From Planctomycetota bacterium (GTDB lineage Bacteria > Planctomycetota > B15-G4), in the NCBI GenBank assembly GCA_038212275.1, contig JBBQUR010000020.1, forward strand, positions 11,970 to 75,969: a stretch of 64,000 bases of DNA, read 5' to 3'. Shown piece by piece: positions 29,763-39,486 of the stretch. Made by a program: the position numbers and the translations under genes. How positions within the stretch are numbered: position 1 is the first letter of the stretch; every line of letters starts with the position of its first letter. The notes below the pieces were generated by a model. It saw nothing but the letters and a program-made list of their open reading frames with translations, made no database searches and was not told where the DNA came from.

Positions 29763-30187
29763 TTCTTGTCCGTGTTGATGCCGACCTTGGCGATGCCGCT
29801 CTTGCGCGCCTCATCGAGGACGGCGACCACGTGCTTGAAGTCGGCGCCGGCATCGCCGTTGATCAGCACCTTTGGGTCCTTGTTCGTGGACTTCAGCGTC
29901 GCCAGCTTGATGGGAAGCTGCGCGAGCGTGATCTTCTCCTTGTTGTAGAAGACCTCGCCCTTCGCGTTGATGCTGAGCGTGACGGCCTTGTCCATCTCGG
30001 CCTGGGTTCCCAGGGACGCCGCCGTGCTCGCACCCGGAAGCGGCACCTGGATGCCCTGATTCTTCGTCATCGACAGCGACACCATCACGAAGGTCGCGAG
30101 CAGGAAGAAGATGATGTCGATGAGCGGGATGATCTCGAGCCGCGCCTTCTTGACGCCTCCCGCGCTGCCGCCTCCTCCGCCGTGCAT
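29759..30187 (-). CDS. exbD: Biopolymer transport protein ExbD/TolR
   Basis: IIPLIDIIFFLLATFVMVS single TM helix, and the periplasmic domain typical of ExbD. Confidence 0.8.
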   Translation of the reverse strand: MHGGGGGSAGGVKKARLEIIPLIDIIFFLLATFVMVSLSMTKNQGIQVPLPGASTAASLGTQAEMDKAVTLSINAKGEVFYNKEKITLAQLPIKLATLKSTNKDPKVLINGDAGADFKHVVAVLDEARKSGIAKVGINTDKK

Positions 30188-30188
30188 C

Positions 30189-31640
30189 TCAGTGACTCCC
30201 AGCCAGCTGCGGGCGTGGCGCGGGAGGCGCCGGCGGCGTGGCCCGGGGAAGCGCCTCGCTCCCGGGCTGCAGCAGCAGTTCGAGCTGGGTGGCGGCCGAC
30301 TCGATCTCGGCGCGCGCCTCCTCGAGCTTGGTGTTGAGGATGTTGAACGGGATGAGCGACGTGATCGCGATGCCGAGACCGAAGGCCGTCGCGATGAGCG
30401 CTTCCGCGATGCCGCCCGTGATCGCGCCCGGCGCGCTGAGGTCGCCGCCGATGAGCGCGAAGGACGCCATCATGCCGGTCACCGTGCCGAGCAGGCCGAG
30501 CAGCGGCGCGAGCGTGATGACGGTGTCGAGGATCGGGATGCCGCGCCGGAAGCGCTTGAGCTCCGCGGCCTGGGCGTAGAGCACGGCGTTGGCCAGCGAG
30601 CCCTCCTTGTGGGACAGCGCGTAGGCCAGCGTGCGCACCACGTAGAACTTCGACTCGTTGCCGATGCGGATCGCCGCGTCCATGTCACCCCGTCCGGCGG
30701 CGGCGAAGAAGCTCTCCATCGCCTTCGGGTCGCGCTTGCGGCGCGTGCCGAGCAGGAAGATGACGCGCTCGATGACCACGCCCAGCGCGATGATCGAGCA
30801 GATGAGCAGCGGCCACATGATGGGACCGCCCTTCTCGAAGATGTGGATGAGGTTGGTCTTCTGGACCAGCTCCTTCAGCGCGCCGCCGCGCGACGGGTCG
30901 AGCGGCAGCGAGCCCGTGCCGCTCTCCACGAGGCCGGCAAGTCCCGCCTGCATCTGTCCCTCGAGCGGCCGGATGAGCGGCTTGGTCGACCCGGACTGCG
31001 GGATGACGAGGCCGGCCATGCCCGTCGTCGCACGGAAGAGCGCGACCGGGCCGATGAGCGCGAACTGTCCGTCCACCACCGCGCCGGTCAGGTCCACGCC
31101 GACGCCCGGAAAGCGCATGCCGCCGATGGCGTCGAAGAGCCGCTTCAGCGAGACGTCCACGAAGCTCGCCTGACGCGAGAAGCGCTCCGGCGGGGTGAGC
31201 GTCGTGTTCTCGGTGGCCTGCTTCGCGGTCTCGATCGCCTCGCCGCAGTACTGCAGTTCGCTGATGTTCACCTTGGACTCGAAGGTCCGCGCGTACTCGT
31301 CGAGCAGGTTGGCGATGTAGGACTGCTCGTCCTCGCGCGCCTTCATCTCGGCCTTGATCGTGGGAAGCTCGAGATTGCTCGAGTCGATGAGGCGCGAAAC
31401 CTTGTCGTAGTCCTTGCGCAGCTGGCCGAGCTGCTCCTCGAGCCGGGTCAGCTCCTGCGCGAGCGGGAGCTTCTCGTTGGCGATGGTGTCACGCAGCGCG
31501 TTGAGCGCCGCCGTGCTCGTCGCAAGCTCCTGCGTCGCGGAACGCGAGACCTGCCCGAGCGTGTCGGAGGAAGCCGCGTCCTGGGCGCGGCTACCCGCCG
31601 CAAGGACGAGGATGACGAAGAGGCTGCTGAGAGTCTTCAT
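30189..31640 (-). CDS. exbB: MotA/TolQ/ExbB proton-channel protein with a long N-terminal periplasmic coiled-coil extension (TtpC-like)
   Basis: Signal peptide plus a coiled coil of about 230 aa, then a C-terminal MotA_ExbB domain (PIMWPLLICSIIALGVVIERVIFL..., LGLLGTVTGMMASF). 483 aa. Confidence 0.75.
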   Translation of the reverse strand: MKTLSSLFVILVLAAGSRAQDAASSDTLGQVSRSATQELATSTAALNALRDTIANEKLPLAQELTRLEEQLGQLRKDYDKVSRLIDSSNLELPTIKAEMKAREDEQSYIANLLDEYARTFESKVNISELQYCGEAIETAKQATENTTLTPPERFSRQASFVDVSLKRLFDAIGGMRFPGVGVDLTGAVVDGQFALIGPVALFRATTGMAGLVIPQSGSTKPLIRPLEGQMQAGLAGLVESGTGSLPLDPSRGGALKELVQKTNLIHIFEKGGPIMWPLLICSIIALGVVIERVIFLLGTRRKRDPKAMESFFAAAGRGDMDAAIRIGNESKFYVVRTLAYALSHKEGSLANAVLYAQAAELKRFRRGIPILDTVITLAPLLGLLGTVTGMMASFALIGGDLSAPGAITGGIAEALIATAFGLGIAITSLIPFNILNTKLEEARAEIESAATQLELLLQPGSEALPRATPPAPPAPRPQLAGSH

Positions 31641-32518
31641 TGGATGGTCACCGGAAGCGGCACGAAGGCCGGGGAGTGCTTGCCCTGGAGGATGTCGAAT
31701 GCCATGAGGACGTCGCCGGCAATGGAGTTGGAGGATTCCCAGACCCAGCCGTCGGGCGTCGGCTTTCCGATGCCGGCCTCGCCGCCCGCGCTCACGTAGT
31801 AGGCCTGCGCGAGTCCGACGTACATGACCTGCACCTCGGCCGGCCTGCCGTCGGAGAGGTTGCGCACCTCGAAGGCCACGGTGATTTCACTGTTGGCCTT
31901 GTTGACCTCGTTGAGGATGCCGAGCACGTTCTGGAAGCGCTCGGCGGCGGAGACGTTCGTCTTCGTCGGGTCCTCGGGGACGCGCTGGTACAGCGGCTGC
32001 AGCCGCGTGGCGATCGGCTCGGGCAGCGTCTTGAACAGCTTGCGCACCTCGGCTTCCATGCCGGCCACGGCTTCGTTGAGCTGTGCATTCGCCGCCTTGA
32101 GCCTGTCGTTCTCCGCGACGAGCTCGCCGCGCTTGCGGTCGGCCTCGACGACGCCGGCCTGCGCCTCGCCGATCTTCGACTGCAGGCTGGCGATCTCGTT
32201 CTTCACGAGCTCGAGGCGGCCGAGCAGGATCTCCTTGCCCTGCTGCCAGTCCTTGCTCTCGCGCGAGATGATCTGCTGCGTCTCGATCCACTTGTCCATC
32301 GTGAGGCGCGTCTCGTCGAGCGTCTGCGAACCGCCGGCATCCTGCGCGACGGTCTCGTCGGGGCCGGGGCGCGCACCGGCCGACAGCAGGCCGATGGCGC
32401 CTGCCAGCACGAGCGAGCCGACCGTCCGCCGGCGGCGCACGAGCCCTGACGAACGCTCGCCGCATCGCGCTCGCTGCGCTGCGGGGCTCTGCTGTCTGGG
32501 TGCTTTCACTGGATTCAT
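31637..32518 (-). CDS. DUF3450 family periplasmic coiled-coil protein (TtpB-like)
   Basis: 293 aa with a signal peptide and a coiled coil. This is the position and architecture typical of DUF3450 genes at TonB2 loci. ATGA overlap with exbB. GGGAG lies just upstream of the ATG. Confidence 0.55.
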   Translation of the reverse strand: MNPVKAPRQQSPAAQRARCGERSSGLVRRRRTVGSLVLAGAIGLLSAGARPGPDETVAQDAGGSQTLDETRLTMDKWIETQQIISRESKDWQQGKEILLGRLELVKNEIASLQSKIGEAQAGVVEADRKRGELVAENDRLKAANAQLNEAVAGMEAEVRKLFKTLPEPIATRLQPLYQRVPEDPTKTNVSAAERFQNVLGILNEVNKANSEITVAFEVRNLSDGRPAEVQVMYVGLAQAYYVSAGGEAGIGKPTPDGWVWESSNSIAGDVLMAFDILQGKHSPAFVPLPVTIQ

Positions 32519-32556
32519 CTCCCGTTTGCCTTTCTGGATCTCATGGCCGCGCGCTC

Positions 32557-35500
32557 CTAGAACCTCACGCTCAGGCCGATCGAAAACTCCCGGCCGAGCG
32601 TGTAACTGGACCTCAGGGTCTCGCCGTCGGTGCCCTGTCCGCCGTAGACCGTCTCGATCGCCTCGTTGGTGAGATTCTTCGCCTGGAAGGTCACCTTCGT
32701 CTGCTCGGTGACTTCCTGCGACACGCTCAGGTTGAGCGTCCCGTACTCCTTGGCGTACACGCTCGGCACGAAGTTGCCGTTCGACTGCCCCGCGCCGGCG
32801 ATGAGCGTGTCGCCCTTGATCGTGTAGAAGAGCGCGAACTGCGTGCCCGTGCTCTCCACGTCGTAGGTGACATAGAGGTTGTAGAGGTGATCGGGGGCGT
32901 TGGTCGCGTCGCGCGACGTGATCGGCACGTCGATCGCCGGCGCAGCGAAGGCCGCAGCCTCGGAGGCCGGCAGCGTCACCTCGGAGTTGATGAACGTCGC
33001 GTTCGCGCCGACCGAGAGGCCGTCGAGGTCCTCCGTGTAGTTTCCCAGCGCCTGCCGCACCTCGAACTCGAAGCCGTTCAGGTTGCCATCCGGGTAGTTC
33101 TCGGGCGTCGTGTAGTCGAAGCCGACGATCTTCTGCACGTTCTCGATCGGGCCCTTGATGTCCTTGTTGAACCAGGACGCGGAGTAGAGCTCGCCGTTGC
33201 GGGGCACATAGTCGAGACGCAGGTCGTCGTTCGTGAGCTCGGCCGTCTGCAGGTCCGGGTTGCCGATGAACACCGGTCCGCCGAGGAACTCCTGCTGCAC
33301 GATCGGCGTGAGCTCCTTGAAGGTCTGGCGCGCGATGGTCTGGCTGTACGAGGCGCGCAGCGTCCACTCCTCGGTGAACCTGTAGACCAGGCCGAGCGAC
33401 GGCAGCAGGTCGTCCTGGCTGAAGTCCACGTCGGCGTCGCCGGGGTTCAGCTTCACCGGTGCGGTGGCGCCCGGCGGGAACCAGACCGCATCCGCCTCGG
33501 GCTGGTTGATGATGCTGATCTGCGTCGACTCGTAGCGCGCGCCGCCGATGATGTTCAGCTTCGACGTGACCGGCAGGTCGACCATGCCGTACTCGGCCGT
33601 GATGTCCTGCTTGCCCTTGTAGTCCACGTCGGTATTCGACGCGTTGATGGGGTGATCCTCGCTCGGGAACACCACGCTCCACGGGTCGTCCCACCCGCCG
33701 AGATAGAAGGACCCCGAGTCGCCGAAGTTGCTGAAGGTCTCCTGGTCGAACGTGCGCTTCACGCGGTCGGCGAAGTAGCCGAACTTGAAGTAGCCCTCGT
33801 GGCCGTCCCATTGCTGGAAGGGCAGCTTGAGGTTCAGCGCGCCCTGCTTGCTGTGCTCGTCGATGGTCTTGTAGATGCGCTGGAGGTTGCCGAGGTTGAA
33901 GTTGGCGCCGGGCTTGTAGGGCAGCCACGTCTCCGGCGTGGTGAAGGGCGGCACGAAGGGCGGGAAGCCCGGGTTCTGGGATTCGGGCAGCCAGATCGCG
34001 CCGAACTGCCGCTTGTCGGGCTCGTCCAGGCTGGAGTCGCTGTCCGACAGGGTCCAGTCCACTTCGGGCGCGCTGAAGTCGAACAGCGTGCCGAGCGAGA
34101 AGTCCTCCATCGGCAGCACGTGCGTGCCGTTGAGCTGCAGCGTGCCGGTCTCGCGTTCGGCGTAGTCGAGCGTGTCGGTGCGGATGTAGGGCGCCGCGTT
34201 CAGGTTGCCGGGCTGGTTGCCCTCGCTGCTCGGATCGTCCGGGTTGTAGCCCGGGAAGAAGTATTTCTTGCCGTTCGTGTCCTCGGCGAGCGTGGCCGTG
34301 GAGACCGTCTCGCGCGTGTAGAGGTACGTCAGGCCGAGCGAGTTGTTCTCGTTCTCGATGCCCAGCGTGCCGAGCCCGCCCCAGTTGATGGACTCCGTGC
34401 TCTCGGTCACGTCGAAGAGCGCCGTCTTGAAGTCGCCGTCCGACGGCGTGCCCTGGTTGGTCTTGGGTGTCAGCGGATTGCCGGGCGCGGTGCGCCAGTA
34501 GGAGTTGTCCTTACCGTCGTCGAAGAAGGAGCTGTCCTGCTCGTAGAAGCCGGTCACGAGTCCGCCGACGGTCCAGCCGTTCTCGAGGTCGTGCTTGCCG
34601 CCCGCGGTCGCGGACCACTTGTAGTCGATGGGCGCATTGCCCTTCGTCACGCCGGTGGCGCCCGTCCAGCTCTTGCCGATGTTGTCGTACTGGATGCCCT
34701 TGCCGTCGGTGTCGCCGGGAAAGTGGACGCCGCCGCCGTCGTAGGAAATGAAGTCGTCGTTGCCGGTCACCTGCGAGTTGCCGCTGACCTGCGTGTTGAT
34801 CTGGAAGATGGTCTCGTCGGGGATCGACTTCAGGCGCACGTCCACGGCCCCGCCCGAGGCGTCTCCCTGCTGGTCCGGCGTGAAGGTCTTGGTGACCTGG
34901 ATGCTCTCGATCACCGCCGCGGGGAAGAGGTCCAGCTCGACGGCGCGCGTGTTCTCGTCCGCCGACGGCAGCCGCACGCCGTTCACCTGCGAGCTCACGT
35001 AGCGATCGGGCAGGCCGCGGATCACCGCGAACTTGCCGTCCTGGATGGAGGCGCCCGAGACGAGCTTCAGCGCGCTGGCCGCATCACCCGCGCCGGCGCG
35101 GCTGATGAAGTCCGAGCTGATCGAATCCAGCACGGAAGAGCTCTCGAAGCGCAGGCCGAGCAGTGCCGCTTCCGTCCCCGTGCCTCCCTGCAGGATGTCC
35201 TGCACCACGAACTCGTCCATGTCCGTGAACTCGCCGGGCAGTTCCGCCTCCACGTCGGTGAGCTGGCCGGCCAGCACGATCACGTCGGGTCGCACGACCC
35301 TCACGTAGCCTTCCTTGAAGAAGACGACCGTGTACTTGCCCGCCGGCACTCCGCTCAGGACGAAGCTGCCCTCGGCCGTGGTGTTGGTCCGCTGGCTGGT
35401 CTCCACGATGAGCACCTGCGCGGCGGCGAGTGGCGTGCCGAAGTCCTTGTCGCGCACGGCTCCGCGGATCGAACCCGCAGGCTGCTGCTGCGCTATCGCT

Positions 35501-35562
35501 CCCATGCCGATGATCAGCATGGCGGCGGCCACCAACATGAAGCGCAGACCGAAGGCGACCAC
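32557..35562 (-). CDS. TonB-dependent outer-membrane receptor with an N-terminal carboxypeptidase-regulatory-like domain (SusC/RagA-like)
   Basis: Signal peptide, the CarbopepD_reg-like segment (IRGAVRDKDFGTPLAAAQVLIVE...GKYTVVFFKEGYV), a plug region, a long beta-barrel, and a C-terminal ...GLSVRF ending in Phe. 1001 aa. Confidence 0.8.
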   Translation of the reverse strand: MVAFGLRFMLVAAAMLIIGMGAIAQQQPAGSIRGAVRDKDFGTPLAAAQVLIVETSQRTNTTAEGSFVLSGVPAGKYTVVFFKEGYVRVVRPDVIVLAGQLTDVEAELPGEFTDMDEFVVQDILQGGTGTEAALLGLRFESSSVLDSISSDFISRAGAGDAASALKLVSGASIQDGKFAVIRGLPDRYVSSQVNGVRLPSADENTRAVELDLFPAAVIESIQVTKTFTPDQQGDASGGAVDVRLKSIPDETIFQINTQVSGNSQVTGNDDFISYDGGGVHFPGDTDGKGIQYDNIGKSWTGATGVTKGNAPIDYKWSATAGGKHDLENGWTVGGLVTGFYEQDSSFFDDGKDNSYWRTAPGNPLTPKTNQGTPSDGDFKTALFDVTESTESINWGGLGTLGIENENNSLGLTYLYTRETVSTATLAEDTNGKKYFFPGYNPDDPSSEGNQPGNLNAAPYIRTDTLDYAERETGTLQLNGTHVLPMEDFSLGTLFDFSAPEVDWTLSDSDSSLDEPDKRQFGAIWLPESQNPGFPPFVPPFTTPETWLPYKPGANFNLGNLQRIYKTIDEHSKQGALNLKLPFQQWDGHEGYFKFGYFADRVKRTFDQETFSNFGDSGSFYLGGWDDPWSVVFPSEDHPINASNTDVDYKGKQDITAEYGMVDLPVTSKLNIIGGARYESTQISIINQPEADAVWFPPGATAPVKLNPGDADVDFSQDDLLPSLGLVYRFTEEWTLRASYSQTIARQTFKELTPIVQQEFLGGPVFIGNPDLQTAELTNDDLRLDYVPRNGELYSASWFNKDIKGPIENVQKIVGFDYTTPENYPDGNLNGFEFEVRQALGNYTEDLDGLSVGANATFINSEVTLPASEAAAFAAPAIDVPITSRDATNAPDHLYNLYVTYDVESTGTQFALFYTIKGDTLIAGAGQSNGNFVPSVYAKEYGTLNLSVSQEVTEQTKVTFQAKNLTNEAIETVYGGQGTDGETLRSSYTLGREFSIGLSVRF

Positions 35563-35741
35563 GAGCGGACCGTTTTCTCCTTGGGGTGTCGAATCCGCGG
35601 GAGCGTAGGAATCGCTTTGCAGGACGAAGTGAACGCTGCGTGGGGATCGCGTGAAGGCGATTCTCGCGCGATCACACAGGAGACCGGGGCCTGTGAAGAT
35701 TCAGGGAAGATCCGACAGGCACGCGCGATGCCCGGCGGTCT

Positions 35742-37049
35742 TCACCACGGAGCGCGCAAGGCTTCCCGGAGTTGCGCGAGCCTGGCGAGCAGCTCCGGCC
35801 CGGGCTCCACCGCATGCACGGCCATCGAGCAGCACGTGGCCGAGAGGTCCTCCGCGCGTGGCCGTGCATTGGGATTCACGGCGCCCGCTTCGACCGCCCG
35901 GACGTAGATGGCTCGCGCGGTGTCCGTGTCCCCCATCGACTGGTACGCCTCGGCGATCGGGCGAAGCGCACCGGCGCGCGAGATGTCCGGGATGCGCACG
36001 AGCTCCGCATCGAAGAGCGCCAGCGCGGCGGCAAGGCTGGCGCGGGCCGGTTCGGCCTCGCCGGCGCGGGCGCGCGACTCGGCGACCGTTGCCACCAGCC
36101 GGATGCGGTCCTCGGGCAGCCAGGTCTGGCCGTCGACGATCTGCTGCACCTCGTCCAGAAGGGCGCGCGCGCCGTCGGTGTCACCGTGCTCCACCGCGAC
36201 ATCCGCCAGGTCCAGCATGAGCTGCAGGCCGATGGCGACCGGCAGCTTCTTCGCCGAGGCGACGATGCGCTGCTTGAGCTGCGCACGCCGGCCTTCCTGC
36301 GCGTAGTCGCGGTCGAAGAGCCGCGAGCAGGTGACGAGTGCGTTGCGCACGCCGTCGAAGCCGCCCGTGGCCAGCTCGGCGTCCAGCTCGGCGAGCTGCT
36401 CGTCGAAGCGGTCGCCGTCCACGAGCAAGGCCTGCGCCGCCTCCCATTCGCAGGACTCGGCAGCGGCGATGTCCGTCGCGAACGACGCGGCGCGATCCGA
36501 CTGGCCAAGGACGAGGCACGTCCGGGCGATCTTCGCCCTGATGCGGTCACGCCGCCAGGCCTGTCCGGTGCCGCCGTCCTCGCTGCCGCTCTCCTCGCTC
36601 TCCGAGCATTCGCGGGCGCGGCTCAGCGCCTGCTCGGCCCCCGCGGCGTCACCCTGCTGCGCGAGATGCAGCGCGAGGTCGGCCCAGCAGGTGCCGCGCC
36701 TCCAGTTGTCGATCTTCTCGATGCAGGCGATGGCGAGCTGCGGCCGGTCCAGCTGCAGGCATGCGGCCACGACGGCTTCCTGGGCCCGCGAGCGATCCTT
36801 GAGGTGCGGCTCGACGGGGATGGCGGACGACGCGCCGATCGCCATGTCGAGCAGCGAAGCGGTCAGGTCCGGCTGCGCTGCACTCGATGACGAGAGGGAC
36901 GCGGAGTCCGCAGCCGGCACGGTCTCGCCGTCGGCGGGGCTCGGGCCGGCGGCGCGCGAGTCCGAGCATGCGCTGCCCGTCGCGAGAATCACGCAGGCCG
37001 TCGCGAACAGTGCGGCCGTGCGGAGGAAGTTGCCGGTTGCCGGAATCAT
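35742..37049 (-). CDS. Hypothetical lipoprotein, Ala-rich alpha-helical (about 435 aa)
   Basis: Signal peptide with Cys (LATGSACSDS), then helix-rich repeats. No catalytic motif. Confidence 0.45.
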   Translation of the reverse strand: MIPATGNFLRTAALFATACVILATGSACSDSRAAGPSPADGETVPAADSASLSSSSAAQPDLTASLLDMAIGASSAIPVEPHLKDRSRAQEAVVAACLQLDRPQLAIACIEKIDNWRRGTCWADLALHLAQQGDAAGAEQALSRARECSESEESGSEDGGTGQAWRRDRIRAKIARTCLVLGQSDRAASFATDIAAAESCEWEAAQALLVDGDRFDEQLAELDAELATGGFDGVRNALVTCSRLFDRDYAQEGRRAQLKQRIVASAKKLPVAIGLQLMLDLADVAVEHGDTDGARALLDEVQQIVDGQTWLPEDRIRLVATVAESRARAGEAEPARASLAAALALFDAELVRIPDISRAGALRPIAEAYQSMGDTDTARAIYVRAVEAGAVNPNARPRAEDLSATCCSMAVHAVEPGPELLARLAQLREALRAPW

Positions 37050-37218
37050 CTGTCAGCCCCGTGGGGAGGAATCATCGCGTGGAGGTTCGAAGTGGTCAGT
37101 CTTGTCGAGGGCCGGCCCGTGCAGGCGCCGGCGCGATGCATCGCATCGGAGCACCCCGGGCGGCCTCCGCCCGGCCGAAGCCGGACGAAGACCGCCTGGA
37201 GCGAACGCGTGGCACTGC

Positions 37219-39096
37219 TTACGGCTGGCCCGTGGCCTTCATGCAGTTGGACAGCGAGACGCCCTTCACGGCGGCCGCGTCCTGGATGCCGTACTGGAAG
37301 TAGAGCGAGACACCCGTCAGGTTCGGAACCGTGGGCCACACGATCGGCAGCGCGAGCGCGCCCACCGAGTTGGTGCCCAGGTCCAGCTGGAGGATGATCG
37401 GAATCGTCTTCAGCGTGCCGCCCTTGAACGGAACCGGCGTGGAGGAGACCGACACCAGCAGCACCGCGAGGGCGTTGGCCTTGGCGTTGGTCAGCTCGAG
37501 CGAGTTCACGCTGTTCGGCGTGAGCGGGCCCGTGCCGGTGAGCGTCGGATACGCCCGGTCGGCCGGAAGCGCGCAACCTTCATCGGTCCACGGATTGTCC
37601 GTCGTGGTGAAGCCGAACGCCGCGGAGGCCGTCCAGTCGGAGAGCCAGCTCTGGCCGGGAGCGAACGCGCCACGGTACTTGGCTGCCGAGAAGAAGCCGT
37701 CGGCCGGAGCCGTCGCCACGCTCGTGAGCGCCGAGGCCGCCGGACGCGGATCGAGCGAGATCACGGGAAGCATGTTCTTGCCGCCCTTGACGACGAGCGG
37801 GCCGCGGGTGATCGCCGCGATCGGCTGATCAACCAGGGCAGAGCCGGCGTTCACGTTGTTGTTGGCCGGGTTGAAGACGCCGACAGTGGTCGCCTCCGTG
37901 TAGGCCGACGCGAACAGGTTGCGGAAGAAGACGCTGTCCTTGATCTCCGCGAGGTTGCCGTTGACCTGGGACTGGTTGAGGGCGGAGAACACCGCCGGGG
38001 TGGTCCACGTGTTCAGCCACGAGAGCGTGCCGTTGAAGCCGTAGCCGGCGCCGCCGTCGCCATCGACGTTGTCGAGCTGGACGAGACGCTCGCCCAGGTC
38101 CATCCAGATGCAGTTCCGGTACTGCACGCGGGCGTTGTCGCGCCACGCCGTGCCATGGTCACCGTCGATCGGCTGGCCGATGCAGGTGAAGTTGTAGATC
38201 GAGGCCGTGGTGACGGGGAGCCAGTCGGAGTTCTCCGCGCCGTCGGTCTCGAAGAGGTTGTCGCCGACACCCGAGCCCTGCGACGCGTTGGCCGCATAGC
38301 CCTGCACGAGCAGGCCGAACTGCGCCTTGCCGCGCCAGCCCTGGTCGATGTCGAAGCTGTCGTCACCGATGTTCCAGATGTTGACGTACTTCAGGTTGAC
38401 GGTGCCGCCCCAGATCTCGATGCCGTCATCGACGTTGTTCATGATGTCGATGTGGTGGATGTCCGTCTCGCGACCGACGCCGCCCAGCGAAAGGCCGTTG
38501 AGCTCGTTGTTCAGCGCGACGACCTTGCCGCCGTAGCGCAGCGACAGGTACTCGATCGTGCCGCTGTTGTCGTCGTCGTCACCGCCGCCGTAGAGCACGT
38601 TCGGGTCGCCGGGGAAGGCAGCCACGAGCCCCTCCATCGCGCCGATGTTGTTCGCATTGGGCGTCGGCACGTTGCCGAGGATGGCGTCCTCCGAGATGTA
38701 GCCCTTGCCCATGATGGTGAGGTTGCCCCACTCGTTGACCGCCTCGCGCCATGTGCCGGTCTTCGGGTTGCCGCCGACCCACGTCGCGACGTCGGCCTTG
38801 GAGGTCATGATCACCGGATTGTCCTGCGTGCCGAGCACGAAGATCTTCGCGCCGCGCGCCACGGCCAGGCTGCCGCCGATGTTGGTCGTGCTGGCGACGA
38901 TCGTGCCGGCCTCGATCGTCAGGGTCGCACCCGGGAGCACGTAGATCTGGGTCTGCAGGTTGTAGGTGTTGTTCGCTGTCCACGTGGTGGACACGGCGAT
39001 GTTGCTCGACACGAGAATATCAGCGGCCTGCGCCGAGCCGGTCAGGCCGACTCCCAGCGCGACGGCTGCTGCTGCTGCTTTGATGGAACTGCTCAC
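37219..39096 (-). CDS. Secreted right-handed beta-helix (pectate-lyase-fold-like) protein carrying the shared C-terminal domain
   Basis: GTG start preceded by a perfect GAGGAG Shine-Dalgarno with a 9-nt spacer. Signal peptide SSSIKAAAAAVALGVGLTGSAQA. Repetitive N/G/D-rich beta-helix-like turns (IDIMNNVDDGIEIWGGTVNLKYVNIWNIGDDSFDIDQG). The C-terminal about 95 aa carry the PFKGGTL...LYFQ...SN motif. Confidence 0.6.
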   Translation of the reverse strand: MSSSIKAAAAAVALGVGLTGSAQAADILVSSNIAVSTTWTANNTYNLQTQIYVLPGATLTIEAGTIVASTTNIGGSLAVARGAKIFVLGTQDNPVIMTSKADVATWVGGNPKTGTWREAVNEWGNLTIMGKGYISEDAILGNVPTPNANNIGAMEGLVAAFPGDPNVLYGGGDDDDNSGTIEYLSLRYGGKVVALNNELNGLSLGGVGRETDIHHIDIMNNVDDGIEIWGGTVNLKYVNIWNIGDDSFDIDQGWRGKAQFGLLVQGYAANASQGSGVGDNLFETDGAENSDWLPVTTASIYNFTCIGQPIDGDHGTAWRDNARVQYRNCIWMDLGERLVQLDNVDGDGGAGYGFNGTLSWLNTWTTPAVFSALNQSQVNGNLAEIKDSVFFRNLFASAYTEATTVGVFNPANNNVNAGSALVDQPIAAITRGPLVVKGGKNMLPVISLDPRPAASALTSVATAPADGFFSAAKYRGAFAPGQSWLSDWTASAAFGFTTTDNPWTDEGCALPADRAYPTLTGTGPLTPNSVNSLELTNAKANALAVLLVSVSSTPVPFKGGTLKTIPIILQLDLGTNSVGALALPIVWPTVPNLTGVSLYFQYGIQDAAAVKGVSLSNCMKATGQP

Positions 39097-39486
39097 GGGG
39101 TTGGACTCCTCAACAGGTTCGCTCCACGGATCGCGGAGGAGACACTCTCCTTCGCCTGATGGCTCCGTGTTCCGGCAAGCTAGAGACGCGATGTGGGCCG
39201 GACGTGAAGAGCCGGTGCGATTTCGCCCAATTCCGGCGGGCTGATCGCGAACAGGTCGGCCACGCACGACGCGACATCTGCAGCCTGGAGTGAATGCCGT
39301 CAGCCTGCGGCGAAGACGGCGTGAAGATCGCCACAAGACTGCAGAGGCCGCGTCACGCTTCGCCGCGAGAGCCGCCGCCGCCCTGCGTCACCGCCGGCGA
39401 GTCACGGAAGGCGCCCGGACGACCTCAGCGGCCTGTCGCCGTGCGGATCCTTCGGCAGGTGGCGTGCCGCGAGGGGCGCGCGGGGT

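Noticed and set aside
31637-33928. 763-aa minus-strand ORF spanning DUF3450 and the 3' end of the TonB-dependent receptor in another frame
   Set aside because: Only the C-terminal 293 codons (31637..32518) make a coherent signal-peptide plus coiled-coil protein with an RBS. The rest overlaps the receptor gene out of frame.
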